From Octopus sinensis (taxonomy: Eukaryota): 64,000 nucleotides of DNA. Location: NCBI RefSeq assembly GCF_006345805.1, contig NC_043000.1, positions 39,184,001 through 39,248,000 of the forward strand. Reading direction: 5' to 3'. Positions 36,960 through 50,712 of the stretch are shown piece by piece. How positions within the stretch are numbered: the stretch's first letter is position 1; every line of letters begins with the position of its first letter. The translations under genes and the position numbers were made by a program. Below the pieces are notes generated by a model. That model made no database searches and was not told where the DNA came from. It worked only from the letters and a program-made list of their open reading frames with translations.

Positions 36960-38150
36960 TTCTCCAAGGAGGGATATTCCAACATATGGCAATCCACGCC
37001 CTTCATCAAATAATCGAAAGAAAAGAGTGAAAGATGGTCCAGGGAAGATAATAAAGAAGTTCTTAAGGCCTTCTATCGTGCTCTGTATTTCCCCACAATT
37101 AATTCCAATTCTGAACAAGCCTACCTAAATTGGAGAGAGAAGCATCTTGAAATAAGATCCTGCATAGATAGTTACAAGTTTGCCAAAGTCAGAAGAACCA
37201 TTATCAAAATGAAATTACTGACTGAATTACAGATTGATCAGATTAAAGGATTAATGGATAAAAGGAATGAAGATGCAGCTAAAGAAGGTATTATTGAAGA
37301 AATAATTACAGACCAGCCATGGTCTGATGAAAACGCAGTAATGACAGAGTGTATGTAGCGAATAAGTAAAGTGAAATACTTTCTGAGCGAGCCATACATA
37401 TCATGGATGATGAAAAATCAAATAGATGAAGAAAGTCTCACAGAAATTGACCCAACTGAACTAGAAGATCTAAAACGTCAAATCATGATTGAATTGCTGA
37501 AAAAAAGGAAGCCAGTGCCGATGAACATGATGACACTCTTTTAAATATTCACAACTCTGACCGAAACCTGAAATTAAATGATAAAATCCGCCTTGCCTTT
37601 AAAGATATAATTTCAACTAATGATGTTGATATTACAGATCTCTGTCATCTTTATTATGCATCTGCTCAGATCTTAACGATTTTATGTGGTGTAAAGATTA
37701 GAAAGCAAAAACATTTCAATAAAAAGCCTATTTGACAAGCCCTTGTAATGATGGTAAAAAAAAGGGCTGATTGTTATCTATTTCAGATACCAAGAAATCC
37801 AAAAGTGACAGAAATTCAAAAAATAGTGCTGATAAGAACATATCCTACGGGGAGTATCGTCTATGTCATTCCAAAAACATTTTGATCCGTAAGTATTATC
37901 AAAAGTACTTTTAAAAGTACCTTATATCAAACACCTTTTGCTGCCATTTTAAGATCACGCTATCATCTTATCATCAAATTAATTCTGAAACAAACTTAAT
38001 TTTTTTCTGGTTTGACAGAAATTCTGCAGAACGATATTCCAGGTGAAATATTATTAATGCCAACTTGAACTTCTAATTTGTTGTCTCTTGTAATATCTAG
38101 GTGAGACTTGGAGTCAGCATGTACAATAGCAAAGCAAAAACCAAACGTAT
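36960..38150 (+). mobile_element. R4/Dong N-terminal fragment joined to a family B 3' end and UTR
   Basis: WSREDNKEVLKAFYRALYFP...VRRTIIKMKLLTELQIDQIK-like N-terminus; from about 37740 it matches 21780-22090. Confidence 0.75.
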
Positions 38151-38367
38151 CGTATATAACAAAACGCAAATTGTTACCTGTCGGTCACGCTATATGGAAA
38201 GAAGAGTAAACAATAAACGAAAGCAGATGGCAACATTTAAAGGCTTTGCTCCGATGACGCTGATAAACTCAGAAATTTTATCGTAAATTGTATTTACTTT
38301 ATCAGTTTATCTCTCTCTCACTATTTCTCTCATGTGCGTTCGCGCAGAGACGTGCGCACACACACAC

Positions 38368-38407
<40 letters not shown>

Positions 38408-38763
38408 GCCTACATACATATACAGATATATATAAGCAAAACAAATATATACAAATGCATATATATGTAGGCACGCACGCACACGCACGCGCAGAAAACT
38501 TTTTGGTGTATGCTTATACAACTTAGTTGTACGAGCGAAAGGAAAAAAATAGGAAAAAAATCAGAGAATAACAAGTGGGGGAAGTAAAAGGGTAAAAAGA
38601 AGAAAAAGAAATAAAAGAAAATGGAACAGAAACTTAGACAGAGAAAGGAGGGAAATAGATAGAGGTAGAGAGAGTGAAATGATTGGCGTTCCTGTAAGTA
38701 TCTAATTAAAGTTGGATACTTTGCTCAGCTTGCGAAACGCACACACAAAATTAATACAAGCAT

Positions 38764-39152
<389 letters not shown>

Positions 39153-39170
39153 GATAATAATAATAATAAT

Positions 39171-39199
<29 letters not shown>

Positions 39200-39201
<2 letters not shown>

Positions 39202-39330
39202 TCGAAATATACCTTAGGAATGAGAACCTAGGTTCGAAATTTCCCCAAGACACCTGCAGAAACGTTGCGTTAACAACAAACAAGATGAGGACAAATATCT
39301 ATCAAATGTAAATAATGTAAATAATGTACT
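39200..39330 (+). mobile_element. Family H 3' (hammerhead) module only, inverted relative to the adjacent copy
   Basis: CATCGAAATATACCTTAGGAATGAGAACC...GACACCTG^CAGAAACGTTGCGTTAAC; the stem II hairpin is deleted. Confidence 0.85.
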
Positions 39331-39446
39331 ACAAACATACCTACAAATACACACACATAGACACGCATACAGATATACAAAATGCATGTGCGCAAACACA
39401 TGCCCACACGTATATATATATATAATATATATATATACATACATAC

Positions 39447-39496
<50 letters not shown>

Positions 39497-39619
39497 TTAC
39501 ACATACGTATATATACACATCCACATACATACATATACATACATACACATACTTACAATACTTACATGCACATATATAGAGAGAGACATATCTTCACATC
39601 AACATAAATATATGCATGA

Positions 39620-39813
39620 TAACATATTCAAAACTTCTTAAGGCAACTGGAAATCCCATGCAAGATTGATGTCTTGCAAAAATCAGCCTTACTGAGCACG
39701 GCGCACATCTTAAGGAAAGTATTATCTGTTTGAGGATCTTGTTGTGACCAGATAGATGACTAAAGACTCCGGTGCATTTTTACTTACAGTGTTACGAAGG
39801 AATAATAAGTATG

Positions 39814-39878
<65 letters not shown>

Positions 39879-39908
39879 GTAATAATAATAATGATGATAA
39901 TAATAATG

Positions 39909-39997
<89 letters not shown>

Positions 39998-40340
39998 CGC
40001 AAGACCAAGCTTTGGCCACGAAATGAAGAGTCAACCTTAGGAATGAGCCTGTGACTCCGCTGCGCCTCATCCGCAATAAAATGGATGAAACCATTGCCCA
40101 TATCACGAACGAATGCCCTAAACTTGGCCAAAAGCACTATAATTTCTGGCGACACGACCAGGTAACGAAAGTGCAACATTGGAAACTGTGCAAAAAGTGG
40201 GAGCTAGGGAGAGACAAGATGTGGTATGAGAACAAACCACAGAGAGTGGAGGGATGATTCGGAGACGTGTAAAAGCATCTGCGATTTCCCAATCCAAATA
40301 GATCAGGGACTAGAGCATAACAGACCGCATCTAGTGGTGG
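39620..40340 (+). mobile_element. R4/Dong 3' tip + long TAA array + second zinc-knuckle fragment
   Basis: LQKSALLSTAHILRKVLSV*; TAA array about 39815-39997; ETIAHITNECPKLGQKHYNFWRHDQV..VQHWKLC. Confidence 0.8.
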
Positions 40341-40371
40341 GGCATGAGGTGCTCCACATATGCTACATATG

Positions 40372-40800
40372 CTGAATCGTATGTGACGGCGATACAACGA
40401 AGTAAGTCCTACTGCGTAAAGTCTAAGTGAGCACGTGACCTGTTGTAAGTTGAACAGAAGCAAATCCTGGAATCACATCTTAGTGGTTTCGAAAACATCA
40501 TAGTTTGGATAGGATGGGTAATATTGTGGGTGACAAAGCAGAGAAAATTTACGATCTACTGATAAGGAGGAAAGTTCTTGAAATTTGAGATTTGTCTTCA
40601 AACCTCAAGATATAACCCTGCTAATTAAACTAAGATGAACTAGCTTAATGATGATGATAACGAAGATGATGATTATAACGATGACGATGGCGTTGGATGA
40701 TGATGATGATATTAAATAATAAAGATAATAATAATAGTTTCAAATTTTAATACAAGGTCATTGATTTCGGGGCACGAGGTTTGTCAGTTATATCGACCCC
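40372..40800 (+). repeat. Locally duplicated segment, copy 2 (copy 1 at 17695-18113)
   Basis: Near-identical by direct comparison. Confidence 0.9.
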
Positions 40801-40948
40801 AATGCATAACTGGTACTTATTTTATCACCACCACCCTCCCAAAAGGTAGAGTCAACCTTGGCGGAATTTGAACTCAGAACGTAAAACGGACAAAATGCTG
40901 CTTCGCATATTATTCAGCGTGCTAACAATCCCGCCACCTCGCTGCCTC

Positions 40949-40986
<38 letters not shown>

Positions 40987-41275
40987 GGAGGAGAAGAAGA
41001 AGAAGAAGAAGAAGAAGAAGAAGAAGAAGAAGAGAAGAAGAAGAAGAAGAAGAGAAGAAGAAGAAGAAGAAGAAGAAGAAGAAGAAGAAGAAGAAGAAGA
41101 AGAAGAAGAAGAAGAAGAAGAAGAGCCATTGCTACTGGAAGCACAAGGCCTCAAATTTGGGAGAAGAGATTAAGTCGATTATATCGGCCCCAGTGCTCAA
41201 CTGGTTCTTATTTAATTAATCCCGAAGGATGAAAGGTAAAGTCGACCTCGGCGGAATTTGAACTCAGAACGTAAA
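40735..41275 (-). mobile_element. Two SINE family A fragments separated by a TAA/GAA array
   Basis: GGCGGAATTTGAACTCAGAACGTAA blocks at about 40860 and 41250. Confidence 0.75.
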
Positions 41276-41284
41276 GACCGCACC

Positions 41285-42150
41285 TGGCAAAGGTTTCAAG
41301 TTTCTTTATATATCAGCAGTAAGAAGTACATGCTTCTGCCCCATTAAAAAAAAACTGCTCAGAATACAAGCTTTGCATATACTTATTATAGTTTTCAGAA
41401 TGACACCGTGTCCCATTCCACAAACGATGAAGCCGTTTTCTAAAGGCACTTGCAGCCTTAGAAATTCTAATATTGATTTCGTCATTAAGAACACTCTTAA
41501 AGTTTAATCTACTTCCAAGATATTTAAATGTCCTGACCCATTTGAGAGGCTTATTATCAATCACCGCATCTGAATCTTGTGTATGTTCCGTTCCAGGCTT
41601 TCATTGGAATAAAACTTCAATCTTCTTGATGCTGATAAGTCAGTTTAAATGCACGAGCTGCGGCAGCAAAACTGGTGAACGTTTCCTGAATTCCATGAAA
41701 TGTATGAGAAATCAAGGCACAATCAGCAGCAAACAGACCATCACGTCGAATCTCTTCCTTGGTCTTTTACTATGATCTGAAACCTTACCCTTTTAGATTT
41801 CGTGAATGTTGGTCTGTGCGAGATTGGAATTTTACACATTCATGGTAAATCCTAAAAGCATGTGGGGGAACATCATTGAGAAGAATATGGAAAAAGAGTA
41901 CGGAAACTAAAACACATCCCTGTTTGGTTCCAGTGTCAACAGAAAATGCCTCTGAGCATTGACTGCGGGGCATCCCTGTTGCCATCATTCCTTTTTGTGC
42001 ACTGATACTTTTACTCTTATCATTTTATCAGGAAGACTAGCTTTTGGCAAATTTTCCAGAGAACCTCACGATTCACTGTATCAAAGGCTTTGGTCATGTC
42101 GACAAAGACCGCATACAAGTTAGTATTTTGTCCACATGCTTTACAAGTGG
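41285..42150 (-). mobile_element. RTE-clade LINE reverse transcriptase fragment
   Basis: YAVFVDMTKAFDTVNREVLWKI, GTKQGCVL, FKYLGSRL...DEINIRISKAASAF. Confidence 0.85.
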
Positions 42151-42154
42151 TATG

Positions 42155-42229
<75 letters not shown>

Positions 42230-42230
<1 letters not shown>

Positions 42231-42990
42231 GGAAAACTGATACAAATAGCGGCAAAACACGAGCAAAACAAAAAACTGTTCTCAGTATTTAAGGAAGCTG
42301 ACAAATACAAACAAGAAATCATACCACCTAATAAATATGAAGAAGAAGAAGAAGATGAAGAAACAACAAAAGCTATAAAACAAATGAAATCTAAACTAAA
42401 AATAGAACAGCAACGAACCATGATAAAACGATGGCAAGAAAAGCCCCTTCATGGTAAATACTGGACTAAACTAAACGCAAAAGAAATAGACAAAGAAAAA
42501 TCCCAGCAATGGTTGAGAAGCTCAGGACTCAAAGCAGAGACAGAGGGATTTTTAATTGCAGCACAAGACCAAAGCCTCCCCACCAGAAATTACCAAAAAC
42601 ATGTAATGAAAAGAAATATTACAAGTAACTGCAGAATATGTGGAGATGGACAAGAAACAATAAATCATATTATCTCTAGCTGCCCAGTCCTGGCTAAGAA
42701 GGAATATATTCACAGACATGACAGAGTTGGAACCTACATACATTGGAAGCTATGCCAACATTATGGAATAACAACAGAAAAACGATGGTATAGGCACACA
42801 CCAGAAAAGGTCACAGAAAACGAGAAAGCAACCATACTCTGGGATATGCCGATACACACAGATAGAGAAATTAAGGCCAACAGACCAGATATAGTTGTCA
42901 CAGATCATGAAGAAAAAAATGCTTTCTAATTGATGTATCAATACCGGCAGATGACAACGTTTCTCTAAAAGAAATGGAGAAACTTTCAAA
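42230..42990 (+). mobile_element. R4/Dong family A C-terminal fragment, relatively young
   Basis: Uninterrupted ORF 42384-42929: KPLHGKY, GLKAETEGFLIAAQDQ, CRICGDGQETINHIISSC, RHDRV, RPDIVV; starts right after a TAA array. Confidence 0.95.
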
Positions 42991-43376
42991 AAGAAGAAGT
43001 TTGTAAACGAAGGAGAATAAATCTGGGAATGGCCTAGAATGACTATCGCGAAGCTTCTGATATGATTCCACATTCGAGGATCATCGAGTGTTTAGATCCG
43101 TTTGGAATTACGAGGAATGTAGCGTATATGGAAAAGGGTGGTGGGATGAAAAACGGAACTAACATCCTACGGAAAATGTATGGGTACCCTGGATATCAGA
43201 AAAGGGATATTCCAGGGTGATAGCCTATCTCCGTTGCTTTTTGTTGCCTGCATGATACTCCCGACCTTGGTTCTCAGGAAAACACACTTGGGGTGTCAAC
43301 TAAAGGAAAAATACCAAGTAACCACCTCCTCTTCATGGATGATTTGAAACTGTATGGCAAAGATGAGACACAAGTC
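42990..43376 (+). mobile_element. R4/Dong RT fragment of another family
   Basis: [13 protein letters not shown] and HLLFMDDLKLYGKDE. Confidence 0.8.
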
Positions 43377-43541
43377 TAACTGGGCCCCACCTGCTAGGTC
43401 ATGTGCTGTTATCTTGATATGAGATCACCATGTCGCGCACGTATGGTTTTGATACATATACCCGGTAGTCATGATGAGTATACTGGGCTTCGTATATTTT
43501 ACCCCAGTGTCACTTTGATGGCATGCACTGCTCTCTCACTC
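43376..43541 (+). mobile_element. Family T element, 3' part
   Basis: Matches 14145-14319; ends CTCTCTCACTC + (AAT)n. Confidence 0.85.
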
Positions 43542-43624
<83 letters not shown>

Positions 43625-43769
43625 GGACCCCTCGGCTTTTAGTAATAATATAATTATAGTAATAGTTGTGGAACTATAGTAGTGAACAAGTAAATAATAA
43701 GATAGAGATTATAGTAGTAATACTGAAATAATAATAGTGAACAATAATTATCTAGAATGATTAACAAAT

Positions 43770-46700
43770 GGTATTGTGAAACCATCGAGTCCTCGGTGAC
43801 TAAACTGGCAACCCCACTAAGTTTGCTTGGTTCGTAGGATGGACTTACGACTAAAAACAAGACCCAGCAAAGGGCAGAGGAACTTAAAAGAGTCAAAGGC
43901 ATTCCGGAAAGAGGTAGACACAGCTCGTGAACCTTGGTTGGCAGTCTGAGAAGGTGTACTCTGATTTCAAATACGGTGTAGATAAGATTCCTTAGTCACA
44001 GAGGTCCAGCCCGACTCCTACGAGAAACCAACAGGAAAAGTTTGGGAATAGGCGAGTATCCAAATAACCAGTGCTTCGGGTAGGCTGTACTCGTTAGCCT
44101 TGGGTGGCAGTCCGTCTAGGAGATGGAACATTCCGTGCCCCAAACCAGGGGAGCAACGACCCATGACTACCTTGATAAGAGATGGTGTCTCGATAAAAAT
44201 AACGATTGGTAGTAACGTAAAAACACACCTCATTTGTGAGTGAAAATGCCAAGAAAAATAAATGACGATAACGGTGTGAATGGAATTAGAACCAATGTTA
44301 AGGTGCCGCACCCGTCATGTGCCCCACTGTGCAGCAGGGTTGACTCGGTCGTAATCTAACAACTGCTAGCCATACTACTAGATACAGTCCTTGCACTAGT
44401 TAAATTATGCAACGTGCTCGAAAACGCGAGTGGTCTGTTGATATGAGCCAATAGACGATCCAGAGCCATGAAGAACCCTTGCTACACAAGAATAATGGCA
44501 AATGTAAAGTCGTCGAAAAAAGGTCATTAGAATTTTAGAAGCAGCTGGGTATGTTTGAGATTATTGAAAATAGACTTATGAATCAGATACGAATAATTTG
44601 TAATAGAGGCTTTCTTAATGAGGCACAGTTTCAGACAATAAGGAAAAGAATCTGTAGTGGTGAGAATCTCGAGGAGAATAATATAGGTCAGGATCAGCGA
44701 ATGCTTAGACGAGGTGAATTTGTAGTGGAAGACAGGCCGGCCGATCAGTATAACGTAGAAAACCCTGAAATAAAGGATATGATTGAGGGACAGGGAACCC
44801 TTAGGAAAATAATTACAACAACAGAGACCAAGCCAGTGATCTAGGAAGCTTCGGCTATAATAAGAAACATGCAACCCAAAACGTTGATGAGATTCTGAAA
44901 CACATTCTGACAAAAGATCTATCAGAAACAAGGGACTTGATCAGATCTGCTTCAATTTTAGTAGGTGAACTAGTTGGAAAGAAAGAGAGGAAAGTAGGCA
45001 GAGAGAAGGAGCCATGGTGGAAGCGGAGAATTGAAGGCGATATTCTAACTTTATGTAAAGATCGGAGCCGCAAAAAAAAATTGGGTCAAAAGATCGATGG
45101 AAAAATGGAAAAGAAAGTGCAAGGGCATATCTTGACGCGAAGTACCGAATAGAAAAGGAAGGGTTCAAAACTGCCATCGAAACCCAAAAACATATATCGC
45201 AGTTCCATCAAAACCGGTTATTCTCAAGCAACCAGACTTTTAAGGGCTTAGGAAGAAACACAGAAGATAATACATCTCCTGAAGCGGAAGAAGCCCACCA
45301 ATTTTGGAATGATAACTGGGGGGGGGGAATAAGTTTCTCACAACCAAGGTGCTGAGAGGATTCATTCCGTGAGATCCGAACTCCATCATCCGGAGTCTCC
45401 ACAACAAGACCATGTGCGCATAACAACAGAAGATGTTCTTGCAAGGATATCAAAACTGCCAAACTGGAAAGCGGCAGGACCAGACAGAATTCATGTCTAC
45501 TGGCTCAAATGGTCAATACACAAGAGAATTGCGTTGCAACTAGACAATTGCCTACAGAGCGGTGCAGTTCCGGAGTGAATGGTAGAGGGAAGAACGACAT
45601 TGTTAATGAAAGATCGGTCAAAGGGCCAATGAGGTTGGCAATTATTGACCCATTGCTTGTCTTAACCTCCTATGGAAAGCATTAACAGGTACCATCGCAG
45701 GGAAAATATATACGTTCCTTGCGAAAAGCAATCTTCGGCCAGTAGAACAAAAGGGATGCCGAAAAGGATCCAGGGGCAACAAGGACCTCTTTGTGATAAA
45801 GAAGCTTATTATGAAGAACTGTAAACGGTACCAAAATAACTTATGTACGGCCTGGATAGACTTCAAAAAGGCTTACGGCATGTTGCTGCATTCGTGGATT
45901 TTGGAAACACTCGACATGTGTGGAATAGATGAGAACGTGTGTGCACTGATTAAGAACAGCATGCCCAGTTGGAAAACGTCTTTCCCGTAACAAATAGTAC
46001 TCTTATTCACCTCTGTTATTTGTAATAGCCTGATCCCATTTTCTATAGTCCTACGTAAAATCAACGTGCACTATAAGCTGAGAAAGTATGGACCTCGTCT
46101 CAACCACCTTCTGTTCATGGATGATTTTAAAACTTTTCGCAAAAACAGTCTGAAATGGAGAGGCTGGTTGAGACTGCAAATATACAGTAAGGATATAGGG
46201 ATCGAATTCGGTATCTCGAATTGTGCAGTGCTTACTTTGAAGCGGCAGGAAAAGAGTAAATTGAGAATGGAACACGCGGATGATGTTGAGCACAGGTATC
46301 TTTGGAACCTGGACATGGACAATATCTTGCACAGAGAAATTAAAGACGAGGTTACCACTGCATATTTCAAGCGCCTCAAACTTCTCTTGAAATCGAAGCT
46401 CCACTCAAGGAACCTCGTGACTGCCATCAACATATGGGCTGTTGCTGTAGTTCACTATAGTACACCCTTCCTGAGATGGATACAAGCGGAGATTGACCAA
46501 CTCGATCGCACGACCCGAAAGACAATGACAATGCATTGTACCTTCCACCCTAAGGCAAATGTACACAGACTCTACATGAAAAATGGTATGGGTAGAAGTG
46601 GGTTGATTAGCGTACGGGAGTGCATCAACAGTGAAAGAAGAGACGTGGCAAAATATTTGGTAAACAACAATCAAGACCTGCTACAGAGTGCTGCTAGTGC

Positions 46701-47733
46701 AGAAGGAGTTAACAAAAATGGATTTGTGAGTGCTCATGAATTCCAATCAAGAACAGCCAGCGAGGGAGAAGAAACGCTACTCCGTATAGAATTATATGGT
46801 GAGTTCCATTGGGAAACCAACAAAGACCAGGAACCATCATGGAGGTTGTTCAACACAGGCGACCAGTGATGAAGCGTGTAACAGGAGAAAAGGACGGACA
46901 TCAAATACAAAGAGAGTAGCGCAGACACATTGAAGAGAAACCTTTGCATGGCCAAATTTGGAGAGCCATTGAAGACGTATTTGGAACAAAATCTAGGGCT
47001 TAGTTTAAAAAGGAGCAATTAAAAAAAGGTGAAAGCCGAATTGTAGCAACCCGAAATCAAGAGAAAAAGTGTCAGAAAACTGTAGACTGTGGAACCTGGA
47101 ACGCGACAATCGCACACATTGTGGAAGAATGCCCTATGTTGGCACAGGAAAAATATAAGAAATGGAGGCATGACCAGGCTGCAAAAGTTTTACACTGGAA
47201 ACTGTGCCAGAAATGGGGATTCGAAGCTGGAAACACATGGTACAATCATCAAGTTAAAAGAGTATTGGTGTCGGAGATTTTAGGGGACTTTCATATTCAA
47301 GCGGACAAGAAGTTAGAAGATAATAGACCAGACATAACAATTATAGATAAGGAAAAGCGAAGTTGCTTACTGATCGACCCATCAGGCAAGTTTGATTCCA
47401 GGATCGTAAAGAAAGAGGAAGAAAAACAAAAAAGTATATAATCCCTTAAAATTTGAAATAGGAAGAATTTGCAGCATGCGAACAGTAAAGGTCATGCCTG
47501 TAATAATTGTTACATTGGGAAGAATAAGCAAAGATATAAAGAAATGGCTGAAGGAGATTGTAATAGAATGCCCGGTAGAGCTTCTACAGAAATTTTGGCT
47601 CTTAGGGAGAGCAAGAATTATCAGGAGGGTTCTAAGCACTTGAAAGACAGCTGAAAATGTGTGGATATCTAAGGTTACAGATAATAACACGCTACTTACA
47701 TAAACCCTACCAGGAATAAGACCGAGCCTGAGC
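43770..47733 (+). mobile_element. Near-full-length decayed R4/Dong non-LTR retrotransposon (5' UTR, N-terminal domain, RT, CCHC, restriction-like endonuclease, 3' UTR)
   Basis: LPNWKAAGPDRIH, EQKGCRKGSRG, WIDFKKAYGMLLHSWI, NHLLFMDD, RLKLLLKSKLHSRNLVTAINIWAV, IVEECPMLAQEKYKKWRHD, RPDITIIDKEKRSCLLID in collinear order; stops, frameshifts and a deletion near 45985. Confidence 0.92.
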
Positions 47734-47734
47734 C

Positions 47735-48172
47735 GATGCAGTAGCAGGCAGTGGCTCTCATGGCTTCACATCTTTACTGATTGGAAGTATTATCCTGTAC
47801 ATTGCCTTGCCTTGGTATAAAATATGGGTTACAGTAAATATTCTGCTAAATACCACAGATTTGCTTGTCAGTTATTTGACATTAACCAGTTGACCATGTC
47901 CCTTAGTGGCTGATGTTATGTGCATTTCTGATCATGAGCAGAAGTAGTAGGAGAGCACCATAGCCATGTGTTGAAAGGAATTCTTAGAGGTCTCGATAAT
48001 TCACCTTTGGAAACAGATGTTTTGTTCAATATCCTTAAACAATCCTTATTCAGGGACCTCAGGTTACTCGACATGAAGAAAATTTTAACTGGGCTCCAAC
48101 TGCAAGGTCATGTGTTGTTTATCTTGATATGAGATCACTATGTCGCACACATATGGTTGTGATGCTTAAAAT

Positions 48173-48250
<78 letters not shown>

Positions 48251-48718
48251 AAAATATGGGCTACAGCAAATATTCGGCTCAATACCGCAGATTTGCTTGT
48301 CATTTGTTTGACCTTAACCAGTTGAGCATGTCCCTTAGTCGCTTACGATATGTGCATCTCTGATCACGAGCAGAATTAGTTGGGTAGCATCATAGCCGTG
48401 TATTGAGGGGAATTTTTGGGGTTGTATATAATTTCACCATTGGAAACATGGGTGTTTCGTTCAATATCCTTGAATAACCCTTATTCTGGGACCTTTTTGA
48501 GCGAGATGGTCTACTCGACCCGAAGAAAATTCTAACTGGGCTCCACATGCAAGGTCATTCGCTGCTTATCTTGATATGAGATCACCATGTCATGTATATA
48601 TGCTTGTGATGCATGTGCCTAGTGTACCCTTATCAGACTGGTAGTCATGATGGGTACACTGGGTTTCGCATATTTGTACCCCAGTGTCACTTTGATGGTA
48701 TGCACTGCTCTCTCACTC
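47735..48718 (+). mobile_element. Two family T copies (47735-48165 and 48250-48718) separated and followed by TAA arrays
   Basis: Both collinear with 13772-14319. Confidence 0.85.
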
Positions 48719-48784
<66 letters not shown>

Positions 48785-48824
48785 AATAATAGATTATTCT
48801 GTTCGACTTAGATGTACCTTAGCA

Positions 48825-48960
48825 AAAATACCTCAGGAATGAGAACCCATGGCTGGATTCAAGAATCTACCGGACACCTGATGACAGCTGGAGAGTAAGT
48901 CAACCGAATCGTTGTGGTAACGACAAACAAGATGAGGATACACACACATCCAATGTAAAT
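48825..48960 (+). mobile_element. Older, diverged family H hammerhead module
   Basis: GACAC-CTGATGA-C-AGCTG-GAGAGTAAGT-CAACC-GAAT-CGTTGTG; flanks match ATGAGAACCC and CAAACAAGATGAGGA. Confidence 0.7.
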
Positions 48961-49302
48961 AAGATTATTGATATCGTTCTTCCATATTTGCTGAACTTTA
49001 TTCAAGAGTTTGAGCAGACTTTCTAATCGCAATAATATTCCAGACATGCAATGTATTAAGGTCTCCTACCACACCCACATTTTTACGATGGACATTTTCA
49101 TCTTTTGTTTTTTTCTGTCAAATAGATGCGAAATATCAAGCATACTTTGAAACCTAATTGAATGCACACCATGAAAAAAGCTAAGTGAAAAATGTCATGT
49201 GGTGAATTACAATATTATTTTAAATATCTGGTCATTGACTCGTATTTGGATAACACTCATCCGTTCATTGAATCTGAAAAACATCCATCATTTCTTGAAC
49301 AG

Positions 49303-49331
49303 GGGAATCGGCGAGAAAACAGTGGCAAGCT
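49303..49331 (+). other. Candidate 29-nt exon
   Basis: CATCATTTCTTGAACAG | GGGAATCGGCGAGAAAACAGTGGCAAGCT | GTAAGT; GC-richer than flanks and open in all three frames. Confidence 0.3.
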
Positions 49332-49939
49332 GTAAGTAACTAAACACTAAATAGTGTTTCTAGTTAGATAAAAACACTGTATCTCATTTTTACCAAAAAT
49401 CTGCCGATTTATTTCATATTCTTATTATTCGCACGACAAAAGAATTTTACTAAACATTTGCATATATATACGAAACAAACAGATCATATCACATTGCTTA
49501 ATGAAAGAAAATTTATTTCGTCAATCAAAAGATTAAATAGAATTTTTGCAACCATTATAATTTATATTTTCTCCATAATATAGAAGCAAGGAACAAAAAT
49601 ATCTCTCAAGTTTTCAAGTACCAAAGAGTATGTAAGCATGATCTAATTTTCATGAGGTGTTGTAGAAGATAAAGCTGTCAACCAGAAACATCAGATATCT
49701 GTTCTCATCATAACACACAAATGTGTCTATTTTTGTATGTATATTTTTATTTTCATATATTTTTATGGAGTTGACTTTCAAAACTGAAAAACATATTAAT
49801 CCTCTCCGCATTTTTCATGGTTATTTTTGATCGCGAATGTAAAAAATTTTGAAGAATACTTATTTACAACAAAAAATCCTGAAAGCCGCTAAGTTTCTGT
49901 ATTATTGTTTGTGATAATCGTTATTATTATTGGACTTTG

Positions 49940-50280
49940 ATGTCGCTTCGACGAATAATGGTTCAAAAGGAAAGAACTGTCTCTATGACGTGCAGGTCCC
50001 GTTGCAGACATGTATTTTGTATGGCCGAGTTAAAAGAAGAAGTTTTTGCCTACAACACTGGTAATGGAGATAAAAGAGTGAGGTATGGTGTACCCGAAGA
50101 GAACACGCTTTATATATTTGAACCAAACCATGACCTTCAAACTGGACAAGCTTTGGTCCAAATACTTCCGACGAAGTGGATTTTTAATTAATAAAGCCAA
50201 AACTCTGGTGGTGATTTTAAACTGGGAACTAGACTGTATCAATAACGCGAAATGGAATCCTGCGCATTTTCTGTCACTAT
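49940..50280 (-). mobile_element. Helitron PIF1-like helicase C-terminal remnant
   Basis: A single minus frame reads RRIPF...*FPV*...FIN*KS...HGLVQIYKACSLRV, aligning by eye to QFPV..FAMTINKSQGQ...HGQLYVACSRV. Confidence 0.5.
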
Positions 50281-50349
50281 AATTTTACTCATTTGATATT
50301 TTAGGTTTATATCTCGATAATATTTTTTATATATTTTATCTTTTATTTT

Positions 50350-50530
50350 TTAGTTGTTCCAGTTATTAGATTGCGGCCATGCTGAGGCATGGGCTTGAAG
50401 AATTTTAGTCTAACGAATCGACTCTAGCATGTTTTTTTTCCTGCCTGGTATTTATTCTATCGGCGCCTTATGTCGAATCGCTATGTTACGCGGTCATAAA
50501 CAAACAAACACCGGTTTTCAAACGGTGGTA
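50350..50530 (-). mobile_element. Diverged SINE family B-related 3' half
   Basis: TGCGGCCATGCTGAGGCA...TATTCTATCGG...CCGGTTTTCAAACGGTGG. Confidence 0.6.
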
Positions 50531-50604
50531 GAAGACAAACACAGTCACAAAGATAGATATACATTCACGCACGCTACCGCTCACACACAGCCACACACCT
50601 GCAC

Positions 50605-50712
<108 letters not shown>

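Noticed and set aside
49937-50282. Plus-strand ORFs (84 aa and 65 aa) as a novel protein
   Set aside because: The opposite strand matches Helitron helicase motifs better
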